NCBI RefSeq assembly: GCF_963921235.1 | Contig: NC_086109.1 | Span: 28,274,001-28,338,000, forward strand | DNA: 64,000 nucleotides | Direction: 5' to 3' | Source of the DNA: Mobula hypostoma | Lineage: Eukaryota | Shown: in pieces, positions 13,472 to 25,394 of the stretch | How the letters are laid out: the number at the start of each line of letters is the position of its first letter | Position numbering within the stretch: position 1 is the stretch's first letter | Program-made: the position numbers and the translations under genes | The notes under the pieces: model-generated | What the model saw: the letters and a program-made list of their open reading frames with translations, nothing else | Databases searched by the model: none | Told to the model about the DNA's origin: nothing

Positions 13472-14439
13472 TGAGCATACTTTATAAATCTATAATAGCA
13501 TAATAACCATATCATGCTTTTCAAGGGTTTCAAAGGTTGCAATGGTACATTTAATGTCTGAGAAATGTATACAATATACATCATGAAATACTTTTTCTTT
13601 GCAACTATCCTCGAAAAAAGACGAGTGCCCCCAAAGAATGAATGGCAGTTAAATGTCAGAGTCAAAGACCGCCCCCCCAGCTCCTCCTCCTATGTGTAAC
13701 CAGCAGCAAAATAATGATTTCCCCCCCACCAGCAAAAAAAGCATCAACATCCACCATCGAGCACTCAAGTGTGCAGCAAAGCATCAGCAAAGACACAGAC
13801 TTGCAGTACCCCAAAGACTACTTGTTCACCCGGGTATTTGACATACCACAGGCTCTCTCTCTCTCCCTAATAAGGGAGAAGGGGGGGGTCTCTGTTTCAC
13901 AGTGAGAGGGGAGACATAACAAGCAACTCTCTGATTTATGATGTTAAAAGTCCGTTGCATTGCTTTTATCGAGCTCTGTGCCCAAAGAACTTAGGTCTCT
14001 GGGCACACAGCCAGCAGCCAGTTCGCTGATTCTGATCTCCTGTCTCCCACGACACAACGGATTCCTGCAGAGACACTGACCTTTGGCCCACCAGTCTCCA
14101 GAGCCACGAGATCTCGGACCCCCGACGGTGAGCAAACCTCTTAGGCCGCATCCTTGGCATATCGAATTATGGCCAGCCGAGAAACCCCAAGGGTGGGTCC
14201 CATTCCCGCAAAGAACTGAAGTCAGCGTGTAAACATAGAGTTGTTTCCCAAGATGCAAGTGAAGGAGTCACCGTTAAGCACCATTGTCCCCTCCTAAGCT
14301 CCTCCTCTATTCAATGAAAGACTGCACCAACTTGGGCATTCAGTCAGTGTGCAAAAGACAGTAAACTGTACAAATACAAAACAAAATAAATAGTAATAAT
14401 AAATAAATAAGCAATAAATATTGTGGACATAAAATGTGT

Positions 14440-14748
14440 GGGCACGTGGCCAAGTGGTTAAGGCATTGGACTAGCGACCTGAAGGTCGTGAGTTCGAGGC
14501 CCGGCCGAGGGAATGTGTTGTGTCGTTGAGCAAGGCACTTAATCACAGATTGCTCTGCAATGACACTGGTGCCAAGCTGTATGGGTCCTAATGCCCTTCC
14601 CTTGGACAACATTGGTGTCGTGGAGAGGGGAGAATTGCAGCATGGGCAACTGCTGGTCTTCCATACAACCTTGCCCAGGCCTGCGCCCTGGAGAGTGAAA
14701 CCTTTCCAGGCACAGATCCATGGTCTCGCAAGACTAACGGATACCTTT
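14440..14748 (+). mobile_element. tRNA-derived SINE
   Basis: A box TGGCCAAGTGG (14447), B box GTTCGAGGCC (14492), then ttgagcaaggcacttaa; related head at 52620-52740 (minus). Confidence 0.85.
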
Positions 14749-15003
14749 AATTTTAATTTAATTAAGACGAAGAATCTTTGAAAGTGAGTCCATTGGTTGT
14801 GGGACTATTTCAATGATGGGGCAAGTGAAGTTGTGTGAAGTTACTACTGAGTACTTTCACTACTGAAAACAACCAGACCTTGAAATCTAAAGGAACGTTC
14901 AAGATGTTTTCCATTCAATCACACCCCAGTTTCTCTCAGCAAGTAACGTCTTCATAAATTTTTAGCAAAATTTTAAATTGTACAACAGAACAGCTATGTG
15001 TAT

Positions 15004-15482
15004 TGTAGTACTGCCAGTGCCTCCAGTTGAACTCTGTCTTTTTGTGTGTTTCCCCCTAGTTGCCAGTCTGTTGTTTTGGATTGCCATGTCTCCTGTCCCC
15101 TCTCCTGCTCTACTCCAGCCCCTGTATTACTGAGTACTCCGTCTCTCATCTGCTTCTCATTATTACCTGTATTGCTGCCCCCTGTGTCTCAGTGTGCTCC
15201 ACCTATCATCTGCCTCTCTGTTTATTGCTTAGTGTATTTCAGTCCTGTGTTTTCACCTGTTTGTTCCCAGATTGTGCCAGTGAATTTTCCTGAGCCTTTC
15301 CAGCATTTGTATCTGTACTCTGTCTGTTTCCTGATTCTGGTTTTTGGATTTCTCTGGATGTTTTGATCTCTGCGTGAACTTTGACACCAACTTTGTTGCC
15401 CCTCTGGATTTGTTACTCAGTAAACATCACAGTGCGCACAGTACTTGGTCTGTAATTGGGTCCCTGCTTCAGCGTCCTTAGA
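15004..15482 (+). mobile_element. Old Gypsy-type solo LTR
   Basis: TG start, pyrimidine-rich body, agtaaa signal and ctgtaattgggtcc near the end; imperfect 5-bp TSD tgtat/agtat. Confidence 0.6.
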
Positions 15483-15994
15483 AGTATTGATAAGTGTGTG
15501 ACACTGTCCAAATGTTATTTTGATCCTACCATGTCCTTGTATCACCTACTGCGCTTGTTGAGGGAGAATAGGATGTGGCTCAGTGGGAAGCATAATAAAT
15601 AACTTGATAACTAACTGGACAAGCTGAGGGACAGGAATGTTTTATTGATCAGGCTTTCAAGAAGTTAATAAACTTAGACAACAGAAAGCTGCAATTTTTA
15701 GAACAACTAATAGTGAAGCATCACATCCTCTGTTATTTACAATAGGCAGTGTACAACTCTGCATGAACTGTCTTCAGCTTTTCTAAGATGAATATAGCAT
15801 TATTCTGTTCACTGCTTATTTAAATGTTAATATTCTTCTTTGAATTAAGAACACACACTTGCCTTGAAGTTCAGATTTCAGCACTTAGATGGCAGTTCCT
15901 TTTGAGGTCTGGTGGTTTTTGAGTAGGGCAAAGATGCTACAAGAAGCCATTTAATTATTGTTTACGGCGGGGGTGGGGGGGAAGAGATTTCTTC

Positions 15995-16410
15995 TTACAG
16001 CACATTTATCTGCCTCATTGTCTCAAAGTGCCTTGCACTGATGAATTTGATTCAAAAATTTTTCACAGTTGGTATACAAGAAATGCAGTATCCATTTTGC
16101 ATGCAAGATATCTACAGTTAAAATTATAATGTCAATGAGATAAATTTATTTTAATAATGTTAATAAAGGGTAAATATTGGACATTTCACCCGAGAAAACC
16201 CTTTGCTCTTCTTCAGTATAGTGCCAAGATATTTCAGATCCACCTGAGAGAACAGAGGAGCTTTAAATCTCATTGCAAAGGTACTAACTCTATCAGTCCT
16301 GTATTCCTCTGGGGCTGCACTGAGATGTAGCCAAAATTATTTGTGCTCAATCTCCAAAGTGGAACTTCAACTTACAACCTTAACAGTCCTATTGAACCAT
16401 GACTTTCAAA
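15995..16410 (-). mobile_element. DeuSINE (SacSINE1/AmnSINE1-like), old copy
   Basis: Resembles the antisense Deu domain as recalled: gaaaaccctttgctcttcttcagtatagtgcca...tccacctgagag...ctgcactga...tgtgctcaa...gtggaacttcaac. Confidence 0.6.
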
Positions 16411-16927
16411 TAAATATTTGTATTTAATAATGTGGTTCAATCTCTGAAAAAACAGTAAAATGTCAACATTGATGATGTATTATCTTCATACCAGGTGCAA
16501 CCTTCTGGACCTCTGTGATAACAAAACATAAAATTCAACACCATTGACCTCCAAAATCTCACCATTGTCTCTAGGCCATATTCATCATAAACATTAATCT
16601 TTATTCTATTCACCCCAACCCCTCCCTCAATACTACATTTCAGATTGAAAATCAAATATTGCTGGCCCCATCTGTTGTGTTTCAGGGCTTCACAGAGTAT
16701 TTTAATCGTATTATGAACCCAGCTGCGATGTTAAATTGCTAAGTTAGCTCAATTCTCACCACTTTTTCCACAGTTTATGCTCAGAATTAGGAAGCATTTA
16801 TTGTGCAATTAAAAGTTAGCCAAAGCATCTCACGTACAAACTGGCTGTGAGAAAATGTGAACTTTCATTCTCCTGGTAAGGTCTCATAAATGGCATTGAA
16901 GGTTGTATTCAACTATCTCTTTTTCTC

Positions 16928-17590
16928 TGGGACTGGGAGACCGCTTTGCTGAACATCTACGCTCTGTCGGCCAGAGAAAGCAGGATCTCCCAGTGACCAC
17001 ACATTTTAATTCCACATCCCATTCCCATTCTGACATGTCCATCCATGGCCTCCTCTACTGTAAAGATGAAGCCACACTCAGGTTGGAGGAACAACACCTT
17101 ATATTCCGTCTGGGTAGCCTCCAACCTGCTGGCATGAACATCGACTTCTCTAACTTCCACTAAGGCCCCACCTCCCCCCGTACCCCATCTGTTACTCATT
17201 TTTATGCACACATTCTTTCTCTCACTCTCCTTTTTCTCCCTCTGTCCCTCTGAATATACCTCTTGCCCATCCTCTGGGTCCCCCCCGCCTTGTCTTTCTT
17301 CCCGGACCTCCTGTCCCATGATCCTCTCGTATCCCCTTTTGCCTATCACCCGTCCAGCTCTTGGCTCTATCCCTCCCCCTCCTGTCTTCTCCTATCATTT
17401 TGGATCTCCCCCTCCCCCTCCAACTTTCAAATCCCTTACTCACTCTTCCTTCAGTTAGTCCTGACGAAGGGTCTCGGCCTGAAACGTCGACTGCACCTCT
17501 TCCTACAGATGCTGCCTGGCCTGCTGCGTTCACCAGCAACTTTGATGTGTGTTGCTTGAATTTCCAGCATCTGCAGAATTCCTGTTGTTT
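16928..17590 (+). mobile_element. Young 5'-truncated Penelope-like element
   Basis: Open GIY-YIG C-terminus LGDRFAEHLRSV...VTTHFNSTSHS...LEEQHLIFRLGSLQPAGMNIDFSNF; CpG-rich terminal repeat. Confidence 0.9.
17457..17492 (+). ncRNA. Minimal type I hammerhead ribozyme motif, intact core
   Basis: agtc-CTGACGA-agg-gtctcgg-cct-GAAAC-GTC-gact: stem I agtc/gact, stem II agg/cct, palindromic ACGT in stem III; predicted cleavage after C17488. Confidence 0.8.
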
Positions 17591-17659
17591 ATCTCTTTTT
17601 CTCTGCATGGAATGCTGTTTGTACCTGTGGAAAGGGTGGGCTCAATCAGTAACATAACT

Positions 17660-17895
17660 TATTCAATGGTGAATGTGGAATTCGTTGTCACAGGCGGGTG
17701 TGGTGGAAGAGTCATTGGGTGTACTTAAGGCAGAGATCGATAGAGTCGATTAGTCAGGGCATGAATGGATATATGGGGAAGGCAGGATATTGGGGCTGAG
17801 AAGGAAAATGAATCAGCCATGATAAAATGGCGGAGCAGACTCAATGGGCCAAATTGACCTACTTCTGCTCTTACATCTTATGGTTTTAAGGTCTT
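17660..17895 (+). mobile_element. CR1 LINE 3' end
   Basis: gtgaatgtggaattcgttg...atcagccatgataaaatggcggagcagactcaatgggcc...tcttatggt, a typical CR1 terminus. Confidence 0.75.
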
Positions 17896-18318
17896 ACTTC
17901 CAGGCAACTATATTAAAAAAAAACTAAGAAAATGCATTGCATATTTTCTTCTCTAGTAACACTCCATTACTTGTATGTACAACACTTGACGCCTATGGCC
18001 TACCCTGTTCCAGGCTCAATCACTAGAGTCTCTCTTAGAAATCATATTTTTTTTTGACTCAGGTGAAGTTGAGAATGCTGAGTCAATTCTGTTTATAGTC
18101 TCCTGAACATATGCATAAAACAATTTTCCTGCTTGCTGACTGAGAAGAAATAAAATTCAACTTGAGTATCTAATGAAACTCCCAATTATCTGGTTACATT
18201 ATCTGAGAAAAATCTCACTTACTTCCTACTGCAAGAAAATAAGCAATGTTGCTCCAATTTGAATCTCTTGCTACAATAATTTCTGATCAAAGGTTGAAAC
18301 ACTACCATTAGTAACTGA

Positions 18319-18543
18319 CAACATACATCAAAGTTGCTGGTGAACGCAGCAGGCTAAGCAGCATCTGTAGGAAGAGGTGCAGTCGACGTTTCAGGCTGAG
18401 ACTAGTGTAGTCCTGACGAAGGGTCTCGGCCTGAAACATCGACTGCACCTCTTCCTACAGATGCTGCTTGGCCTGCTGCGTTCACCAGCAACTTTGATGT
18501 ATGTTGCTTGAATTTCCAGCATCTTCAGAATTCCTGTTGTTTG
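18319..18543 (+). mobile_element. Penelope-derived fold-back mini-insertion with hammerhead motif
   Basis: 84-bp inverted arms 18319-18402 / 18423-18506; 13-bp TSD cattagtaactga / cattagtgactga; hammerhead motif at 18409-18444 with AUC triplet. Confidence 0.88.
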
Positions 18544-20239
18544 CATTAGTGACTGAGTTTTTTTAAAGTGTTAATGTTAGTATTTGGCCTGTCCCAAATG
18601 ATAAATGATTGAATTCTACATGTAATTAATGCATTGGAATATTTGTTAAATTTATGTTAGGGGTATTATTAAATAGCTATATCAATCTTTGAACAACAGC
18701 AATCATCCATAGAATGAGTTGAATGAGACTGGTTTGAATTTGTTATCTTCAACTTACCTTAAGACTCCTTTAATGGTTTAGTTTTGAACTCACTGCCAGC
18801 TATAGGCTAATGCAGGAAAATAAAACTTTTAATTTTGGACTAATTTCTTCTAAAAATGTGCACTGCTGTGGCTGGAAACTAATGAAGCTGTCACATTTAG
18901 CTATGCAGCGACATGAGATCATTATCCAGTGTTACGGCAACCATTAGATGCAGAGTTTAGGGGAAAAGACATGATTGGATATCAGTGTTGTAAAATCCCC
19001 CAGGGTGTTGACTTCAGCATACTGAATGCACTTTCCTGTCAAGGATGGCTGGGCATGAGAGGTTTTGCAAGGGAGATTTATCAGAATAGTATCAGTGATA
19101 GCTTTCAGGATATGAAAAAGACCAAAGAAGTTAGGATTTCTTTGGTCTGAGCAAAGAACATAAGAGGGATTCTAATAAGGAGACCAAAATCATGAATAAT
19201 AATGGTCTCCTCTTATTTGATTAGATAGGGACAAACTTTCCTTGGTCAAATGGTCATGCCACACATACGTTATTTGGTAATGATGCAGGGGAGGAATTTA
19301 TGATTTTTAAATGATAAGACTTGAGTTATTAATGACAAAAGAAGGTGAAGGATGTTCAATGGTATCTTCGAAAAGGAATAGGATATTTACAGGAAAGAAG
19401 AAATTTGCAGGGCACTGAGATCGAGGTGTGAGTGAGGGGTCCAATGGGATGAGGTATACACATAATGGGTCAAATAGTCACCCTCCTTAAACCAGGTTAG
19501 GATTCTCCTCACTGCTGGCATATCAGAATAGTACATTTGTGCTGAACCAGCAACGTCAGCACCAGAAATGAGAAATGATCAGAATAGGTCTTCCTGGCTT
19601 CCAGTCAAACTAAATTCAATCAAGAGTAAAAATGTGGTTGCTGATGGTTTTGTGAGACCTTTGTCTCAAAAACTAATATGAGAGCAGTCTGTGCGACTTT
19701 CACCATATCTGGGGTTATTTGACTCATTAAGGATTGGGGAAGACATTGTGCAAATAAGCAGGGGCACTGCTTATCAGCTTTTACGGAACAAGTCTGGATG
19801 TTTTAAAACTCACACGCTTACACTTGTACAACACAGTCAGGTATTGCTTGAGTTGTCCTTGGAATCAAGGGCTAACCCCTGGTTATTGGCATCCAATGGG
19901 TCACTGTGAAATGAGCTCTGGTTTATCTTCTCTGCTGCTTGCAGAAGAGCTGCAGTCAACAGCAAACCAAACAGAGTGAGGCATTCTCTTACTGACAGGA
20001 GCAATTGCTGTCAAACAAGTGCCTGATGCTCACAGCTGCCCCCAAATGTTTTATCGACATTTTTTGTGGCAAACTCCAATTATCGCGTGTCTGAAATAAC
20101 ATGCCAGCCTCTGTGGGGCTTCTAGGATCTTTGCAAACAAGGAGAAAAACTGTCTTTCCAATTAAGCCCTACTGAGACAAATAGGCTACTAAATTGGAAG
20201 TGGGGATTGTGATGGGCAATTAATCCATGCCTACTAGTC

Positions 20240-20465
20240 TGCATTTTATTCTCCCTACAATTTCTACCACTCACCTACACATAAGGAGCAATTAACAGAA
20301 GCTAATGAACCGAGCAACATGCAGATCTTTGAGATGTGGGAGGAAACTGGAGCACCAGGTGAAAACCCTGGCAGGCAAGGGGAACATATATAAACTCCAG
20401 ACACACAGCACTGGAGATCAGGTTTGTTCCCAAGTCACTGGAGCAACTCTAATGACAACACCATG
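20240..20465 (-). mobile_element. V-SINE (HE1-like), old copy
   Basis: Antisense V-domain tctttgagatgtgggaggaaactggagcacc...aaactccagacacacagc. Confidence 0.65.
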
Positions 20466-20483
20466 AGATTGGTGCTACATTTC

Positions 20484-20589
20484 AGAATCAGAACCAGGTT
20501 TATTATCACCGGCACATGACATGAAATTTGTTAACTTAGCAGCAGCAGTACAATGCAATACATAGTATAGAAGAAAAAACACAAAATAA

Positions 20590-20626
<37 letters not shown>

Positions 20627-20968
20627 ATTACAGTAGACCTATATTGAATAGATTAAAAATTGTACAAAAAACAGAAATGCTATATATTAAAAAAAGTGAA
20701 GTAGTGTCCAAGGGATCAATGTCCATTTAGGAATCGGATGGCAGAGGGGAAGAAGCTGTTCCTGAATCACTGAGTGTGTGCCTTCAGGCTTCTGTACCTC
20801 CTACGTGATGGCAACAGTGAGAAAAGGGCATGCCCTGCGTGCTGGGGGTCCTTAATAATGGATGCTGCCTTTCTGAGACACCGCTCCTTGAAGATGTCCT
20901 GGGTACTTTGTAGGCTAGTACCCAAGATGGAGCTGACTAAATTTACAATCCTCTGCAGCTTCTTTCAG
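20484..20968 (-). mobile_element. Rex/Babar-like LINE 3' end
   Basis: Same family as 61830-62175 (aggaatcggatggcagaggggaagaagct...); tail of cagaat repeats. Confidence 0.75.
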
Positions 20969-21501
20969 TGTGTCACTCACAATTTTGTCCCCCTGCTGAT
21001 GTGTCCAGCAATGAAAGCAGGATTAAGAATTAGCTGAGAGCCAAATGGAATAATGCAGTGCTGAATCGTGAACATTATGTAACCAGAAGGGGAGACAAGA
21101 ATGGGTAAATTACACCATCTTAGTGGAAGTCAAAGACAATGGCTTTTGTGCTGTCATTAATGAGTTGGAAAGTTTGGATTCATCTACAGTTTAGGTTCAG
21201 AGAAGAAAGTAGATAACTGTGCTGGTTGTTGAATCCGAATTAGAGATTAAGCTAGGTTGTTTGAGCAGACAAGATATCAAAGCCAGTAGAAAATTGCATT
21301 ATGATTGAACAGAGAACGTTGATTTTTAAAGGGAAATTGTGTGATTAATCTATTGGAGTTCTTTAAAATGTAACTCGTAACATGCAATGAATGCAATGTA
21401 CAAACGAATATGTGGATTTTTAGCTTTTCAGAAAATCCAAAACAAGAGGTTACTGAACAAGTTTAGAGCATGTAGCATTGTGAATAATTCAGAGTTGGTT
21501 A

Positions 21502-22334
21502 TGCTACGTACCCCGTAACTGGGTTGCCAAACCAGCAGAAATGGAACACTCATTGGAGTCTGGATTACTAGGAACTAATAAAGTTTTATTAAAGAAACAA
21601 ATAATACAGTACTCTAATCGTAAGGATACAAATGTAACAGGTTAGCAATGATAATACACACCTATACACGGAACTAGTGTAATAGGAATCAACCAAGCTC
21701 TATCGCAGTCTAGGGGTAAAATGATCAGTCTTGCAGTGACGCAGAGTTCATTTCAGTTTAGTGCAGTTCGCAGTAATCGCTGTTGTACCGTTGGGGGGGG
21801 GGGGGATGCAATTTGGTTCAGGCAGACCTTTGATGTCTTTGCAGTTGGTTTCAGGCAAACCCTTTTTGATGTCTTCTATCTTGCTGTAGTCACTGACTGT
21901 GACCCCTCCATTCCGAATACGATTGTTCTTCCACGGTGAATCCGGCACCCAGGCAAGGGTGGACAAACACACCAGGTTCCCACCAATCGTGCCTTTACAC
22001 CCTGTGAGCCTATGGTCGGTTCCTGTGAACCGGACCTCCAAACGCCCACCACTTGTGGGGCACACTGCTCTTTCCAGGGTCTCATTGTCTCGTGGTCTCG
22101 TGGTGTCCTGTGCCTTAGCGAACCTGCTCTTTTTATCCCCCTGCTGGGGTATCACCTGTCCATCAAACTTCAAACAGTTCAGGTTCAAAGCAACCGGTCT
22201 GTCAATATTCTGAATTGTGTTTCTTTTCCGTTAATCCCTCTCTCCTCTCTTATTAGCATTTTGAATGTTTCTCCATTGTCTCTCTTATCTCTCTCATTAG
22301 CATCAATTGTCCGCTAGCTTGGTTTGGCGTCACA
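21502..22334 (-). repeat. 3' LTR (833 bp)
   Basis: Direct repeat of 27070-27896, roughly 95% identical by eye; adjacent PPT (minus-strand ctttgaagggtagggg) at 22335-22350. Confidence 0.95.
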
Positions 22335-22423
22335 CCCCTACCCTTCAAAGGATTTTTACCAGGGTAAAAATCATGGGCATGAATGCACATTATTAGATAC
22401 ACACTAATATACAGGGTCATCAG

Positions 22424-23736
22424 CTATTCGGCTAATGCAGAGAACTTTAAGTTTCGACACCTTGACAGACAGTCAGCAATCGCATTGTCCGTTCCTTTTA
22501 TATGTTTTATTTTAATATCAAATTCCTGTAAGACCAGGCTCCAATTTAGTAACCTTTTGTTTTTATCCTTCATAGTGGCCAAAAACACTAATGGGTTGTG
22601 ATCAGTGTAAATTATCAGTGGTTTCCATGCAGGACAAATATAAACCTCAAAATGTTGTAATGCTAGTACGATTGCCAGTAATTCCTTCTCCATGGTGGAA
22701 TAATTTCTCTGATGGACATTAAATTTCTTGGAAAAATAAGCCACCGGGTGGTCAACCCCCTCTTTGTCAGTCTGCAACAGCACCGCCCCGGCTGCTTCGT
22801 CGCTAGCATCTGTGGTTAGGGAGAAGGGTTTTGAAAAGTCAGGCGCATTCAGCACAGGATGGTGACACAGAATCGCCTTCAGACGCTCGAAGGCCTGTTG
22901 ACAAAGGTTGTCCCACACAAACTTCGCATTCTTTGGCAAGAGCTTAGTAAGAGGGAGGGTAATATCCGCAAAGTTTTTGCAAAACTTCCGATAGTACCCC
23001 ACCATCCCCAAGAACCCTCTCAGGGCTCTCTTCTCTGTCGGGATGGGGACTTCAGAGATAGCCTGCACCTTAGCCTGCATCGGAGCCAGCTGCCCCTGTC
23101 CTACCACAAATCCCAGATAAGTGAGCTTCGCGTGGCCGAATTCACTTTTTGCGAGGCTCACTGTCAGGTTGGCTTCAGACAGCCATTTAAACAGTTCCTC
23201 TACCGCCACAATGTGCTCCTCCCACGTGTCACTCCAGACCACTAAATCGTCAATATACGCTTCTGTGTTCTTTAACCCTTTTATCACTGAATTAATTATC
23301 CTCTGGAAGGTCTCTGGGGCGTTTTTCATGCCAAAAGGTAGAACATTATACTCGTATAACCTGGATGGAGTGACAAATGCTGAGATTTCTCTACCCGGTC
23401 GGTTAAAGGAACACACCAGTACCCTTTTAGCAAATCGATCTTTGTGATGTGCTTAACTCTCCCCACTTTATCGATGCAATCGTCTACCCTTGGGATGGGG
23501 TAAGCATCAGTTTTTGTGATGGCGTTCACCTTTCTGTAATCTGTACAGAATCATATGCTCCCATCGACTTTCGGTACAACCACACAGGGGGACGCCCATT
23601 CCGATTTGGATGGCCTAATAATATCTGTGGCTAGCATGTGTTCAATTTCTTTCTCCACTAGCTTGCTTTTCTCCAAGTTTGTCCTATAGGGGTGTTGTTT
23701 AATAGGCTGGTCTGAGGTGACAACAACATCATGCAC
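22424..23736 (-). pseudogene. pol reverse transcriptase and RNase H (frameshifted at N-terminus)
   Basis: SEWASPCVVVPK, KIDLLKGYW, LPFGMKNAP, AYIDD, TDASD, EKELLA, YTDHNPL and NAIADCLSR motifs. Confidence 0.93.
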
Positions 23737-23769
23737 CGTCCCTTTGCATCGCCTTGGGACATCGGTCCT

Positions 23770-25382
23770 GCATGCCGGTTAATTAGCTTTATCAGCGGCT
23801 CACTCTGTTCGGGGGTTAAGTGAGAGACCTCATCAGCAAAATTGGCCAAAACAATAGAGTTCTCCAATCTGGTCGGTACCATATTTATCTTTTCAAGATG
23901 GGTTTCCCCCTTATCATTTGACACCCCAGCCTCATAAATTTTCGTGATAACACCAACTAGATCTGCTTTCTGATCATGGTAAGCTTTTAACATGTTAATG
24001 TGTACCAATTGTGTGGGTTTACGCCTGTCTGGCATTTCAATAACATAATTCAAAGAGTCTATCTTTTTAATCACTTTGTACGGACCGTGGAATCTTGCCT
24101 GGAGGGGGTTGGTTACCACTGGGAACAGGACTAAGACCCGATCGCCCACTTGGAACACTTTTTCGCAGGCATGCCTATCATACCATTGTTTCATTTTAGT
24201 TTGGAAGCATCGTAGATTTTCTTTGGTAAGGTCACAGATCCTTTTAAGCCTCTCACGAAATTTTAAAACATAATCAATCACATTGACTTGGACTGCCGGA
24301 ATGGATTATTGCTCTTTCAGTAAGGTCAGAGGGCCTCTGGGCCGATGACCGAAGATGAACTCGAATGGGCTGAACCCCAATGACTCCTGAACCGTGTCCC
24401 TTATGGCAAATAGCAGAAGAGGCAAGGCATCATCCCAGCCCCTAGCGTTCTCTTGACAGTAAATTTTAATCATGGTCTTTAATGTGGCGTGGAATCTCTC
24501 CAACGCCCCTTGGGACTCTGGGTGGTACGTGGAGGCCAAAATCTGCTTTGCTCCCATCTCATCCAACATCCATTGGAATGTGTGAGATGTGAAGACACTC
24601 CCCTGATCTGACTGGATTTCCCTGGGCAGCCGCACCGTAGTGAAAAATTTCACAAGCGCCTTTACTACTGCGGGAGCCTTGACGCTTGCCAGGGGCACAG
24701 CCTCCGGAAACCTGGTGGCGGCGCACATCATAATCATCGCATACTCTCGCCCACTCGCAATTCTGGGCGGGGGACTGAAAAAATCCACAATTATTCGGGA
24801 AAAAGGTTCCCTGAAAGTGGGTATCGGTCGAAGGGGCGCTTTAGGCAGTACCTGATTCGGCTTTCCTACCACCTGACATAAATGACATCGCCTACAATAT
24901 TCAACAATATCCTTCCTCATGTTCGGCCAGTAAAACTCTTCCATAATTCTATCAACTGTCTTCCTCACCCCAAGATGTCCACCGAGGAATATCTTGTGGG
25001 CCAGGTTAAAAATCTCGTCCCTATAAATTTTCGGCACTACCACCTGGTGCACCACCCCCCATTCCTCATCTGCGGGCACGGTACTTGGTCTTCATTTCCT
25101 CATTAGTACTCCCTCCTTCACATCATAGCCCACTAGCTCCCTTTTTAGTTCTGCTTTGGAGAGAGCTGTCTCCGTCAAAACCATCAGCTCCTCGTCTCGT
25201 TCCTGTGCCTGTATAAATTCCTTCCTCGCTAATGATAAATCTACCTCAACTCCCTCATTTCCTTCTGCTCCACTATGCTCCTTCTTCTCACTTTCTAACC
25301 CCTCCTGGTACAAGGCTGGTAAAAACGTCTCAGCTAAATCTATGTTCGCTTCGGCAGCCTTTCTGGACATGTGCTGAGTCAC
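23770..25382 (-). pseudogene. pol integrase (zinc-binding, DDE core, GPY/F C-terminus)
   Basis: GGHLGVRKT...CHLCQ, IIVDF, IQSDQG, GALERFH and FHGPYKV motifs; premature stops at about 24306 and 25092. Confidence 0.92.
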
Positions 25383-25394
25383 TGTGCAAACGGG

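Noticed and set aside
18319..18506. Long hairpins as miRNA genes or MITEs
   Set aside because: Arms are Penelope terminal-repeat sequence, the insert is asymmetric and it has a 13-14 bp TSD, which fits a retro-insertion.
19174..19217. Small inverted repeat aataaggagacca...tggtctcctcttatt
   Set aside because: Lies in a decayed CR1-like remnant; probably a local template-switch mutation with no evidence of function.
19945..19975. Short AG...GT segment (and an acceptor-like site at 18061)
   Set aside because: Weak splice signals and no independent support.
21748..22188. 146-aa ORF inside the LTR with a repeated DIK.GLPE.NC motif
   Set aside because: The frame is not preserved in the other LTR (indel near 27620), and the motif reflects a short DNA duplication.
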